A stretch of 64,000 nucleotides of DNA from Candidatus Micrarchaeia archaeon (GTDB taxonomy: Archaea > Micrarchaeota > Micrarchaeia > Anstonellales > Anstonellaceae). Positions 8,799 through 18,268 of the stretch are shown one piece after another. Numbering within the stretch: position 1 is the first letter of the stretch; every line of letters starts with the position of its first letter. The stretch spans positions 21,123 through 85,122 of the forward strand of contig JBAYMR010000003.1 in NCBI GenBank assembly GCA_041663445.1. The letters are read 5' to 3'. A program made the translations under genes and the position numbers. Below the pieces are notes generated by a model, which did not search any database, was not told the origin of the DNA, and saw only the letters and a list, made by a program, of their open reading frames with translations.

Positions 8799-10286
8799 TT
8801 AGCTTCCCCTGCCGCCCTTGCCCTCTTCCCACATTTTCCTGATGAGCGAGCGCAGCTCGTCGCGCTTCCTTTCAAACTCCGCCTCGTCCTTCTGGGACAG
8901 CTTCACCCTTTCCACGAGCGCGGGGGATGCATCGTCCGCGGCAGATGCGCCCATGCTGGGCGCCGCGGCGCTTTCCGGGCCTGCCATCCCTGCCTGCGTT
9001 TCCATCTTGAGTATGTCCGATTCCTTGACGAGCACCTTCACCTTGTCCTCGAGCATCTCCTGCTCGTGGGAAAGCTCGCGGAGCAGGAAGGAAACCTTCT
9101 GTACTTCCTCCCGCGAATAGCTGCCGCCCGCCTGCGCGGACTTCGCGGCCTCAAGCGCGGACACCTGCGCCGCGATTTTCCTGCCGATGTCCTTCTGGCG
9201 CGCCGCAAGCTCCTCGTTTGCGCGGCTCATCTCCTCGGATATTTCAACGTACTCGTCAACAAGCGCCTTTGAGTCGCCGCCGGCATTGTCATATTTCCGA
9301 AGCACTCCCTCTATCTTCGCAGACTGCTTCTTTATGAGCGAAACCGAGTCCGACAGGTGGTTCTGCACCGCCTTCTTCTGCTTCTTCGCCTCCTCCGCCA
9401 TCTTCCGTATCTCGGCTATTTTTTTCCTGGAGGCCGCGACCGAGTTTTCCCCCTCGGAAAGCTCGGCTAGCTTCTTTTCCATCCCGGAAATCTTGCCGTC
9501 GAGCAGCTTCTGCTCCTCAAGCACGGCTTCCACCGCCTCGGCAAGCTCCTTTTTCTGCGCCATCGAATCGGCAATGTCAACCTTGAGCTCCTCTATCGCG
9601 GCGGAGTTCCTGCCCTCCTCTATCTGCTTCTGCAAATCGTCCACGCGGGTCTCGAACGCCTCGAAGAACATCTCGGTGTCGGACTGCTGCGATGCAAGCG
9701 TTTCCTCGAATTTCCTGAGGACCTCAAGCTCGTTCTTCAGGTCTGCCGCAGCCGAGCGCTCGGCCTCGCCAAGCCCGCCCTGCCCCTCGGCCTTCTGCCC
9801 CGCGGCAATCGCCTTTTTCCTCAGGGCGTCAAGCCTGGCGCTTGTCGCCTTTATCTTGTCGGCATAAGTCTCCTGGAGGGTGGCAAGGTCGCGCTTGAGC
9901 AAATCCACCTCGGATGCCGACATGGGCTTTGTGGTGAGGTTGGCAATCTCCTCCTGCATGGAGGACAGGCTCTTTCCCCCCTCCTCCACGCGCGTCAGCA
10001 GCTGCTCGATTTCGCCGCGGGTGTCTGTCGCCCTTTCCTCAAGCTTCTCGCGCTTCTGCTCCACTTCCTTCACCGCGGGGGTGCGCCACACGAGATATAC
10101 TTTGGTGAGCTTGTATTCAACCGTGATTATGCCCTCTTCCTCAAGCACGTGCGCCCAGTCCTCGGCTGTCCTTGCCGGGATTTTGAGCTCCTTTGCGGCT
10201 GCGCCTATCTCCACCCTGCCCCTTTCCTTCACGAGGCGTATCAGGCCGTCTACGCCGGTTGAGATTAGCAAGTCGTCAAGTGCCAT
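8799..10286 (-). CDS. N-terminal winged-helix plus long coiled-coil protein
   Basis: STGVDGLIRLVKERGRVEIGAAAKEL...DWAHVLEEEGII (wHTH-like) followed by about 400 aa of E/K/A heptads. Confidence 0.7.
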   Translation of the reverse strand: MALDDLLISTGVDGLIRLVKERGRVEIGAAAKELKIPARTAEDWAHVLEEEGIITVEYKLTKVYLVWRTPAVKEVEQKREKLEERATDTRGEIEQLLTRVEEGGKSLSSMQEEIANLTTKPMSASEVDLLKRDLATLQETYADKIKATSARLDALRKKAIAAGQKAEGQGGLGEAERSAAADLKNELEVLRKFEETLASQQSDTEMFFEAFETRVDDLQKQIEEGRNSAAIEELKVDIADSMAQKKELAEAVEAVLEEQKLLDGKISGMEKKLAELSEGENSVAASRKKIAEIRKMAEEAKKQKKAVQNHLSDSVSLIKKQSAKIEGVLRKYDNAGGDSKALVDEYVEISEEMSRANEELAARQKDIGRKIAAQVSALEAAKSAQAGGSYSREEVQKVSFLLRELSHEQEMLEDKVKVLVKESDILKMETQAGMAGPESAAAPSMGASAADDASPALVERVKLSQKDEAEFERKRDELRSLIRKMWEEGKGGRGS

Positions 10287-10382
10287 GTCCGTTCCTGCCA
10301 ATCCAATCCTTATAAAGATTTGTGCAATAGCTATTCGTCAGTTGAACCGTCCGCAGGCGCGCCGTGGTTAGCAGGGATTTTG

Positions 10383-11726
10383 ATGGCAGACATGGATTTT
10401 GACATGCGGCTGAAAAAAGAGGCAAAGACCACGCTTGCGGCATTCCGCGACCAGTCGCTGCTGCGCCGCAAATTCGGCGACGATGCCGTGAAGCTCTACA
10501 ACCTCATAGACAGCGGCAAGACCGCGTCGGGGCTGATGTCGTCGCTTGGCATGGACGAGGAAAAGTTCGTCGAGATACTTGAATTCATGAACAACAACGC
10601 CATGGTGAGCGTTGTCCCGTCCGAGCCCGCCCCCCAGGGCTGGCACGAGGCCGCGGAAGGCGAGCATGCGCTTGAGCGCGGGCAGCCCGAGTCCGATGCC
10701 GCAGGAAGCAAGCCTTCAGCCTGGGGCTCCGAGGGCGAAGCAGGCGGGCCTGAAGGGTTCCCTGCCAAAAAAGCAAGGCCGGGCGTGCCGGTCATCGCGC
10801 CTGCCGCTGAAAAGGAAATGGACGAGAATTCGCTTTCCCCCCTTGAAAAGGTGCTTTACAGGAAGCACGGCTCAATCGGCGTCAGGATATACAACCTTAT
10901 TGACGGGGAGAAGACAGCCGAGGAAATACTGCGCGAGACCGGCGTGTCCGAGGCAAAGCTTGTCGAAATACTCGAGTTCATGGACGAGCAGGGCATCATC
11001 AAGCTTGAAAAGCCGGATGAAAAGCCGGCCCCGCCAAGCACGGGCGGCGATGGCGCAGACGGCAAAGGGGACGGCGATGGCGAGGGCGGCGGCAGCGACG
11101 GCGAGGATGGCGAAGACAAGCCCGCGCGCGAGCCGCGCTTCAAGCCCATCGTGGAGGACGTGCCCGAAGGCAAGCCGTTCCAACCCCCCGAGGCGCCCAA
11201 GAAGGAGGAGAAGCCGGCGAAGGAGGAGGTTGACGAGCCGGGCGAGGACATCGTGATGGTGGACGTGCCTTCCATGGCAAGGCTTTCCATGGTGCAAAAG
11301 GCGATGATGTTCACCGAGCTTTCCACCAAATTCCCCCCTGCCGCGCGCCAGCTTTTCGACCTGTCGGACGGCAAGCGCGACTTTGTGGAGCTTTCCATGT
11401 CAACCGGCATGTCCATGTTCGACATAGACGCGGCGATGGCATATTTCGGCAAGAAGGGGTTCATCAGCTTCAGGCAGCTTGACCGCAACGAGATACGCGA
11501 CAGGTACGGCGAGGACGGGTTTGCAATCTACAAGCGCTTCGGCAGGGACGGGCTCCTCATATATGAAATGATAGGCAAGGAGGCGTCGCTGCGCGACATC
11601 ATACTCAAAAGCAAGGTTGACCCGGACCGCGCGATTGACATCTTCTCGTTTATCCACAAGGTGCTCGGGCTCGACATACCCCTTGACCGCGACCTCATCT
11701 ACAGGCAGATAGGGCTCAAGAAGTAA
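10383..11726 (+). CDS. Protein with four repeated winged-helix-like modules and acidic/Pro-rich linkers
   Basis: Repeats KFGDDAVKLYNLIDSGKT, KHGSIGVRIYNLIDGEKT, KFPPAARQLFDLSDGKRD and RFGRDGLLIYEMIGKEAS. Confidence 0.7.
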   Translation: MADMDFDMRLKKEAKTTLAAFRDQSLLRRKFGDDAVKLYNLIDSGKTASGLMSSLGMDEEKFVEILEFMNNNAMVSVVPSEPAPQGWHEAAEGEHALERGQPESDAAGSKPSAWGSEGEAGGPEGFPAKKARPGVPVIAPAAEKEMDENSLSPLEKVLYRKHGSIGVRIYNLIDGEKTAEEILRETGVSEAKLVEILEFMDEQGIIKLEKPDEKPAPPSTGGDGADGKGDGDGEGGGSDGEDGEDKPAREPRFKPIVEDVPEGKPFQPPEAPKKEEKPAKEEVDEPGEDIVMVDVPSMARLSMVQKAMMFTELSTKFPPAARQLFDLSDGKRDFVELSMSTGMSMFDIDAAMAYFGKKGFISFRQLDRNEIRDRYGEDGFAIYKRFGRDGLLIYEMIGKEASLRDIILKSKVDPDRAIDIFSFIHKVLGLDIPLDRDLIYRQIGLKK

Positions 11727-11828
11727 GTAATGGCCGTGGGCGGCCTGATTCTGCGGAAAGCAGCATTTTAAGCTTTTCTTTATTAAATTCTTATGAAAAT
11801 AGTATCAAAAAGGTATAATGGTGATTTT

Positions 11829-12065
11829 ATGGCCAATGCAAACATCGAGCTTTCCGGTTACACGGGCACAGTTGTGGATATGATGCTGCGCCTTGGCTAT
11901 GCAAAGACCAAAACGGAAGCAATCCGGCTTGCTCTTTTCCAGTTTGACCAAACCCATAAACTCACCGAGGAACAGGCGTACGGCAGCCTTGCCGGGAAAA
12001 TCCTGAAGGAGGTCGAATCTGGAAAAATGAAAACCAGGAAATTCTCGCCCAAAGAGCTGGATTGA
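11829..12065 (+). CDS. Putative type II antitoxin (RHH/CopG-like)
   Basis: GGTGAT SD before the ATG. NIELSG...LRLGYAKTKTEAIRLAL pattern, directly upstream of a RelE-like gene. Confidence 0.7.
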   Translation: MANANIELSGYTGTVVDMMLRLGYAKTKTEAIRLALFQFDQTHKLTEEQAYGSLAGKILKEVESGKMKTRKFSPKELD

Positions 12066-12066
12066 A

Positions 12067-12333
12067 ATGGAATTGGAATCCACGCCCATTTTTGACAAGG
12101 ACATCAAGAAGCTGGACAAGCACGGGCGCAAGGAACTGAAGGACTTGATTGATAAAATATCCCGGCAGCCGGAAATGGGCAAGCCCATGGAACATTGCTC
12201 CAATGTCTTCTCCAAGCGCACCATTCACCACCGACTGATTTGGAAAGTGAAAAAGCAGGAAAACGTGATTCTTCTTTTGATGTACAAGAACCGCGATGAG
12301 GTTTACGGGGCTCTCAGAAACCTGAAATTCTAG
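12067..12333 (+). CDS. RelE/ParE-family toxin
   Basis: TPIFDKDIKKL...PEMGKPM...SKRTIHHRLIW...VILLLMYKNRDEVY. Confidence 0.8.
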   Translation: MELESTPIFDKDIKKLDKHGRKELKDLIDKISRQPEMGKPMEHCSNVFSKRTIHHRLIWKVKKQENVILLLMYKNRDEVYGALRNLKF

Positions 12334-12770
12334 TTCCTCACTCGCGCAAGCGCCATCTGCTCCACCGCAAGCTCGCCTTCGAAATAAGCGCCCTTCCTCT
12401 TTCCCATGCGCGGAAGCGCGATTTTCTTTGCGCTCGCAAGCCCCAGTTCCTTCTTCACCTTTGCAAGCGGCACATCCTTTTCGCAGGCAAGGACGAACTC
12501 CCGCGCGTCATTTGCGCCGATTTTCCGCAAGGCGGACGCAAAATTCATTTCCCGCGCAAGGAACAGCAGCGCCTCGTTTGAAACCTTTCCCGAAATGTTG
12601 CTTTTCCCCAGGAACGCGCGCGAGGCAAGATGGAATGCCATCTCAAGCTCCATGCCCGTCCTTCCCTCCATTGCCTCGGTGGAGAGCAGAATGCATGGCG
12701 TGCCAAGCGCCCCGGCTGAGCTTACAATTGCGCCAAGCGGCTTTTCAGACGAGCACAGAAGAACCTGCAT
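12330..12770 (-). CDS. cgi121: KEOPS complex subunit Cgi121
   Basis: AFHLASRAFLGKSNISGKVSNEALLFLA...ASALRKIG pattern and size. Confidence 0.7.
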   Translation of the reverse strand: MQVLLCSSEKPLGAIVSSAGALGTPCILLSTEAMEGRTGMELEMAFHLASRAFLGKSNISGKVSNEALLFLAREMNFASALRKIGANDAREFVLACEKDVPLAKVKKELGLASAKKIALPRMGKRKGAYFEGELAVEQMALARVRN

Positions 12771-12867
12771 GGGAGCTTCCCTGACCGAACATTTAAAAAA
12801 TCAACACCGAATAATGAGCCTGCAACGGCTCTACTGCTATTTGCATGCTTATGATGGAGGTCATGAA

Positions 12868-13248
12868 ATGGAGAATTATCACGGCGCACGCGGTTCGACT
12901 ACGAAAGGCACGGGCGGCAAGCGCGGGAAGGCTGCGGACAAGAAGCTCCGCTTTGTAGGAGGCACATTCACGGCCACCAAGGTCGGCCCGAAGGAACTGC
13001 GCTCGGTGAAGCGCGGGCGCGGGAACACCGCAAAGGTGAAGCTCCGCACCGCCAAGTTCGTCAACGTGCTCACAAAGGAAGGCATGAAGAAAGTGACGCT
13101 GCGCACAGTGCTCGAGACTCCCGACAACCGCCACTACGCGCGCCAGAACATCCTCACGCGCGGCGCTGTCGTGGACACCGAAATCGGGAAGGTGAAAATC
13201 ACCAACCGCGTCGGGCAGGACGGGGTAGTCAACGGCAAGCTGCTTTAA
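12868..13248 (+). CDS. rps8e: 30S ribosomal protein S8e
   Basis: TGGKR...VLETPDNRHYARQNILTRGAVVDTEIGKVKITNRVGQDGVVNG. GGAGG SD upstream. Confidence 0.95.
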   Translation: MENYHGARGSTTKGTGGKRGKAADKKLRFVGGTFTATKVGPKELRSVKRGRGNTAKVKLRTAKFVNVLTKEGMKKVTLRTVLETPDNRHYARQNILTRGAVVDTEIGKVKITNRVGQDGVVNGKLL

Positions 13249-13285
13249 TTGCCGTTGGCTATAAGTTGCGCAAGAGCGCAACTGT

Positions 13286-13309
13286 GTCGTGAACGGCAAG
13301 CTGCTGTAG
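13286..13309 (+). repeat. Recoded duplicate of the last 8 codons of rps8e
   Basis: GTCGTGAACGGCAAGCTGCTGTAG versus the gene end GTAGTCAACGGCAAGCTGCTTTAA (13225-13248): 20/24 identical, with all differences at third codon positions. Confidence 0.8.
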
Positions 13310-13552
13310 TTTCTTCTTCTGTTTTTTTCTGTTATTTTTATTTTTGTATTTGTAAATTTGATAACCACCGCCTGCGAGCCAGTTGTCTGATACATTTTCG
13401 GTGCGCCGAAAATGTACATTTACAAATGCGGACAAATTTCTCTGGAATTTTGTCCTTTGTGCGAAAAGATATATTTCAATCTACTGTTTTCAGGGGCACC
13501 ATATCTTTTTAAACACTTTGTGGCAGAAAATATAAAAGGGAGGTTGAAAAAA

Positions 13553-14335
13553 ATGTTTCTTTTTTACGTTGGCATAGAGCACGAATCCGATACTTTTGGG
13601 CAGAAACTTGTCAATAGCGCCATCTACGCTTCTTCTGATAAAATGAAGGCGTGGCAGGCAAAATTCGAAGAAGGTGCGTTGGTCAAATGCGAGGAATTCG
13701 CAGGCAGGCTGGGATCGCTCAATATGGCAGTGGCCATCAGGGATACTGTTAGTTTGCGGCAATTCATCATGGACGGGGTTGCCGGCCTCAAGGAATACGA
13801 GGTGCTCCGGCACGACGTGCCCAACCACAAAAAGCGATCCGATGCCGCGTTGTACTCGACTGCACTTTCGCTCATGGCGATATTCAAATGCTACGAAAAA
13901 AATTGGGGCGAACCATTGCGCCATGCGCTTAAAGACGAGCAAGTCTCTTTCCCAGAACTGCGTGACTGCATTTCATCGTGGCTTAGAAACACGGACAGCA
14001 TCCAGCTGAACGCAGCCGTGAAGGAGAGGAATCCCGGCTTGGTGGTTGACCTTTTGGCATATTATTCGAATTTGAATAATCCGGCTGACCAGCTGGTTGT
14101 CTATTCCATTATCAAACAATGCTCTGAAAACAGCTGGCGCGAACCGCTGAGCAAATATCTTGAGAAAGATGCTAAAACCTACCCATATTTTAGAGAGGAC
14201 GTCAAGCGCACCCTGGACAAGATGGGGCCTGCAACTGACAAGGATATGGAATCAATGATGAGCAAAATAAAGAAAAAATGTCAGCCTGCTCCTGTTGATG
14301 CCAAAAAAACAATGGGCTGCAAACTCAAGCACTGA
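13553..14335 (+). CDS. Hypothetical helical protein
   Basis: Long ORF with a GGGAGG SD before the ATG at 13553; more AT-rich than the flanks; no motif recognised. Confidence 0.6.
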   Translation: MFLFYVGIEHESDTFGQKLVNSAIYASSDKMKAWQAKFEEGALVKCEEFAGRLGSLNMAVAIRDTVSLRQFIMDGVAGLKEYEVLRHDVPNHKKRSDAALYSTALSLMAIFKCYEKNWGEPLRHALKDEQVSFPELRDCISSWLRNTDSIQLNAAVKERNPGLVVDLLAYYSNLNNPADQLVVYSIIKQCSENSWREPLSKYLEKDAKTYPYFREDVKRTLDKMGPATDKDMESMMSKIKKKCQPAPVDAKKTMGCKLKH

Positions 14336-14360
14336 TGCTGGCGCAAACAATCTTCATTTC

Positions 14361-15527
14361 CTACAGCGCCAGCAATATCGACGGCACGATGATGAGCCCC
14401 ATCACGTGCGTCCTTCTCACGCCTAGCAATGGGGGCAGCAGGCCGACTGCCGTTGCAGTGGCAAACAGCAGCAATCCCTCCCCTCCCGAAATTATCGCAA
14501 CCGCGCACACGAGGTAGGCGAGCACCGCGAGATTCAGCGCGCGCGTGTCAAGCGAGGAAATCGCCGAGGCGTGGCGGGACAGCCGCATGAGGAGGAAAGC
14601 GCTTATGCCCATTGAAAGGAGGAGCACCCCCAAAAGCGCGGGCAAGTCCCCCGCGCCCACGGGCTTCACCTCGTTTATTATCGCCAGCGCGCCCTCGCGC
14701 GCCTTCCCGATGGAAAGCAGGGAGGAAAAGGCAAACACCGCGTGCGCCGCGGCAATGGACGAGACCAGCGCGAGGAATTTCCTCGCGTCGTCGGTTGCAA
14801 ATACCGCGGAGGCGAACACCGCAATCTGCGCAGGCGCAGCAAGGCCGGGAAGCAAATCCGAAAGCATCCCGAAGAGCACGCCTGCCGCGACGTATGGCAG
14901 AAAATCCAGTTCCGTCCTCCCGCTTTTCTGCGCAGGCAGGCGAGTGCGGCTGGTGAATGAAAGCAGGATGCCGCTTCCCGCAAACAGGCCCGAGAACGCA
15001 GGAAAGAGCGGGTCGTTTATGGCGCCTTGCAGCGTGGCAACGCCAAGCGCGCCGGAAAGCAGGAAAACAAACGCGGCAATCGTGATTTTCCTCCATTCCC
15101 TCTCGGACTGCAGCAGGAACAGCGAAGCAACGACCAGCACAAGCGCCATCTGGGGCTCGATTACCGCATAGGCTGCGGGCAGCACCGCGAGCGAAACCGG
15201 GATTAGAAGCACGGACGCGCCTGCCGCTGCAAGCGTGGAAAATGCACACACCGTTATCGCCTCGCGCCCCCTCCCTGCAAGCGCAAGGCGGTGCCCCGGC
15301 AGCACGGAAGCCACCACCGTGTCGTCTGGAATTGACAGGAATATCGAGGGCAGGAACTGGAAAAGCAGATGCGCGCCCACCACCGCCACCACTGCCAGCG
15401 AAAGCGCCTCTGGCGGGATGGGCAGCGTGGCAAGCATTGATGCCACGGTGTTCGAGTGGATGCCCGGCAGCAGGCCTGAGAAAATGCCGAGAAGAAGCCC
15501 GAATGCAACGGCAATCATCGCAAGCAC
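14361..15527 (-). CDS. TctA-family (archaeal COG1784-like) membrane transporter
   Basis: GLLLGIFSGLLPGIHSN, FLPSIFLSIPD...LPGHRL...GRG, and many TM helices. Confidence 0.8.
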   Translation of the reverse strand: MLAMIAVAFGLLLGIFSGLLPGIHSNTVASMLATLPIPPEALSLAVVAVVGAHLLFQFLPSIFLSIPDDTVVASVLPGHRLALAGRGREAITVCAFSTLAAAGASVLLIPVSLAVLPAAYAVIEPQMALVLVVASLFLLQSEREWRKITIAAFVFLLSGALGVATLQGAINDPLFPAFSGLFAGSGILLSFTSRTRLPAQKSGRTELDFLPYVAAGVLFGMLSDLLPGLAAPAQIAVFASAVFATDDARKFLALVSSIAAAHAVFAFSSLLSIGKAREGALAIINEVKPVGAGDLPALLGVLLLSMGISAFLLMRLSRHASAISSLDTRALNLAVLAYLVCAVAIISGGEGLLLFATATAVGLLPPLLGVRRTHVMGLIIVPSILLAL

Positions 15528-15558
15528 AAAACCATCCGTTTGAATTGCGAATATTTTT

Positions 15559-15897
15559 TTATTTCATCCAAATGCTTTCCGCCTCGAAATATCTGGCCCC
15601 CCTGTATTCCTTCACCCTGCCGAGCACGCGCAATTCATTTCCGTCCTCCACCAGCTGCGCGGAAACAATCCCGCCCTTTTTCATGCTTATGCAAAGCCCG
15701 CGCTGGCAGAGGTAGAACTTGTCGGCGGTGATGTTCTGCGCAACGCCCGTTATGCTGAGGTAGGAATTCGCCTGGGCGACAAGCGCCTCGGCAACGCTTG
15801 CCTCGCGCGGGGTCTCAGACAGGAAGAAAAGCAGGGCTATCCCTGCCACTGCGAACACTGCGGCGGCAAGTGCGACCTTTCGCTCATCCATCTCCAT
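15559..15897 (-). CDS. Membrane-anchored OB-fold protein
   Basis: N-terminal TM helix, ITGVAQN, and LRVLGRVKEYRGARYFEAESI. Confidence 0.6.
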   Translation of the reverse strand: MEMDERKVALAAAVFAVAGIALLFFLSETPREASVAEALVAQANSYLSITGVAQNITADKFYLCQRGLCISMKKGGIVSAQLVEDGNELRVLGRVKEYRGARYFEAESIWMK

Positions 15898-15936
15898 AGT
15901 GCAAACACTTTAAAATCAAGAGAATATAATCCTTGC

Positions 15937-17211
15937 ATGTCCCTCCTGATAAAGAACGCAACGCTCCTTTCCGGCAGGAAGTCCGACATCTTAGTTGATG
16001 GCAGTTGCATCTCCAAAATGGCGCCCTCAATAACTGCGCGCGCGGATGAGAAAATCGATGCAACCGGCAAAATCGCGCTTCCTGGCATGATAAACACGCA
16101 CACGCATGCGGCGATGACCCTGTTCCGCGGAGTGGGCGAGGACGCGGAGCTCCCGAAATGGCTTGCGGCTGTGCGCGCAGCCGAGGTGAAGGTAACCCCT
16201 TCGCAAATCCGCGCGGGAAGCTGTCTTGCCGCAGTTGAGATGATAAAAAGCGGCACCACATGCTTCAACGACATGTATTTCCACATGGATGAAGTCGCGT
16301 CCGCCGTCCAGGAAAGCGGCATGCGCGCAGTGCTCGGATATTCCATGGTGGACATCGGGCAGGGCGGGTTTGACGAAAAGAAAAGGAAGAGCGAGCTAGC
16401 GATTTGCGAGCAATTCATAAAAGGCTGGCAGGGCAAGGCGGGCGGGCGCATCACAACGTCAGTGCCGCCGCACTCCATTTACCTGTGCTCGCGCGAGCTT
16501 CTAAAAGCAAGCGGGGCGCTTAGCGAAAAACACGGCGTGCCCCTGCACATCCACCTTTCCGAGACGCGCAAGGAAGTTTTCGACTGCCTGTCAGCGCACA
16601 AGCTCCGCCCAGCGCCGTATCTTGATTCGCTCGGCATCCTTTCGCAGCGCACGGTTGCCGCGCACTGCGTCTGGCTCACAAAGGAGGAGGTGAGGCTTCT
16701 TGCCTCGCGCGGCGTGTCCGCCGCGCTCTGCCCCGTTTCCAACATGAAGCTCGCCGGCGGCGCAGTGGCGCCCTTGCCAGAAATGCAGGGGGCGAAGATG
16801 AACGTTTCGCTGGGCACGGACGGGAGCGCGAGCAACGATTCGCTTTCCATGTTCGAGACCATGAAGTTCCTGGCGCTTTTGGTGAAGCACTCGCGCTGGG
16901 ACGCAACGGCTGCAACCGCGCCGCAGATGCTCTCAGCCGCAACCGAAGGCGGCGCAGCCGCGCTTGGCATAAACGCGGGCGCGCTAGCAGAAGGAAAGCT
17001 TGCGGACATCATACTGGTTGATGCGCGCGCGGCAAACATGGCACCAATGCACAACATCGCCGCAAATCTCGTCTACTCCTCGCACGCTGGCAACATAACT
17101 GACAGCATCATCAACGGGGAAGTGGTGATGCGCGAGCGGAAAATCCTCACGCTTGACGAGGAAAAAGCCGTGGAGCGCGCGCAGAATGAGGCGGAAAGGC
17201 TGGCTGGTTAA
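15937..17211 (+). CDS. mtaD: Amidohydrolase, 5'-methylthioadenosine/S-adenosylhomocysteine deaminase family
   Basis: NTHTH, SGTTCFNDMY, PHS, HIHLSET, AAHCV, CPVSNMKL and LGTDG motifs. Confidence 0.8.
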   Translation: MSLLIKNATLLSGRKSDILVDGSCISKMAPSITARADEKIDATGKIALPGMINTHTHAAMTLFRGVGEDAELPKWLAAVRAAEVKVTPSQIRAGSCLAAVEMIKSGTTCFNDMYFHMDEVASAVQESGMRAVLGYSMVDIGQGGFDEKKRKSELAICEQFIKGWQGKAGGRITTSVPPHSIYLCSRELLKASGALSEKHGVPLHIHLSETRKEVFDCLSAHKLRPAPYLDSLGILSQRTVAAHCVWLTKEEVRLLASRGVSAALCPVSNMKLAGGAVAPLPEMQGAKMNVSLGTDGSASNDSLSMFETMKFLALLVKHSRWDATAATAPQMLSAATEGGAAALGINAGALAEGKLADIILVDARAANMAPMHNIAANLVYSSHAGNITDSIINGEVVMRERKILTLDEEKAVERAQNEAERLAG

Positions 17212-18206
17212 TTCTTCTTACGTTTTTTCGCCATCGCCGGTCTTTGCATCGCCCGTGCCATCCTCGTGTGCCTCAGCGGTATCCCTGCGCCGAACTTCGC
17301 CACCACTTTCGTGGCAAGATAGCAGCCTATCTTCGCGGAAGAGAGCGGCGTGTAGCCGCGCGAAATCCCGTAAAGCGTTCCCGCGCAATAGGCATCGCCC
17401 GCGCCGGTGGTGTCAATCACGCGCGCGGGAAGCGCCGGGATTGCGTGCGCGCTGCCGTTCAAGAAAAGGAGCGAGCCGTGCTTCCCTTTTTTCAGGTAAA
17501 CGGGCATTTGCGGGTTTAAGCGCGCGAGTTTTTTCTCGGCATCCGCGCCGCCAAGCAGCGCCTTGGCCTCGTCTTCATTGAGGAAAAGCGCGCTCGCATA
17601 CCTCTTGGCAAGGAAAAGCAGCATGACGCGGTTCTTTTCCACCATGGGCGGGCTTTCAAGCGCAATCGCGATTTTCTTGCCCGCCTTCCGGAACGTTTCC
17701 ATGCATGCGCGGCACGCGCGCGACGCAGGATTGTCCCCGCAGAGCGTGATTGAGGAAACGTAGAGCATGCGCGCGTTTTTTGCGGCAATGCCGTTCGCAT
17801 CGTCGTATTCCGTGGAAACCCCCAAGTCGGCGCAAAAAGTCCTCTGCCTGTCCGGGGTCACAAGTGCGAGTATTTTCCCTGTCGAGCCGCGCTTTTCCTG
17901 GAGGAAATTGCCGATGCCGCACTCGGACAGGTTCGCGGCAAATTCCGCGCCTGCCCTGTCGTCGCCCACCGTGCCTGCAAAGCCGCAAAAGCCGCCAAGC
18001 GCGGCAAACCCCTCGCAGACATTCCTTGCGTTGTCGCCGGGGTAGCGGTAGCTTATTTTCCTGCCAAGCTTCCTCTCAATCGCGGCAAGCTCAGATGCGG
18101 AAAAGAAATTCGTCGCGCCTTTCGTGACGCCAAGCGCGGAAAGCTCGCGGCTGCCCACGCGCGCGAACGAGTCAATGACCGGGGTGCCTATGGCAAAAAG
18201 GTCCAT
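17208..18206 (-). CDS. PfkB/ribokinase-family (adenosine/nucleoside kinase-like) kinase
   Basis: PGDNARN, TPDRQRTF, NEDEA and DTTGAGDAYCAG motifs. Confidence 0.85.
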   Translation of the reverse strand: MDLFAIGTPVIDSFARVGSRELSALGVTKGATNFFSASELAAIERKLGRKISYRYPGDNARNVCEGFAALGGFCGFAGTVGDDRAGAEFAANLSECGIGNFLQEKRGSTGKILALVTPDRQRTFCADLGVSTEYDDANGIAAKNARMLYVSSITLCGDNPASRACRACMETFRKAGKKIAIALESPPMVEKNRVMLLFLAKRYASALFLNEDEAKALLGGADAEKKLARLNPQMPVYLKKGKHGSLLFLNGSAHAIPALPARVIDTTGAGDAYCAGTLYGISRGYTPLSSAKIGCYLATKVVAKFGAGIPLRHTRMARAMQRPAMAKKRKKN

Positions 18207-18268
18207 AAGCCCCCTTTTGCGCGCTAGGTAAATATCCCTTCCGCTACCATCACAGTTTTAAACTCTTT

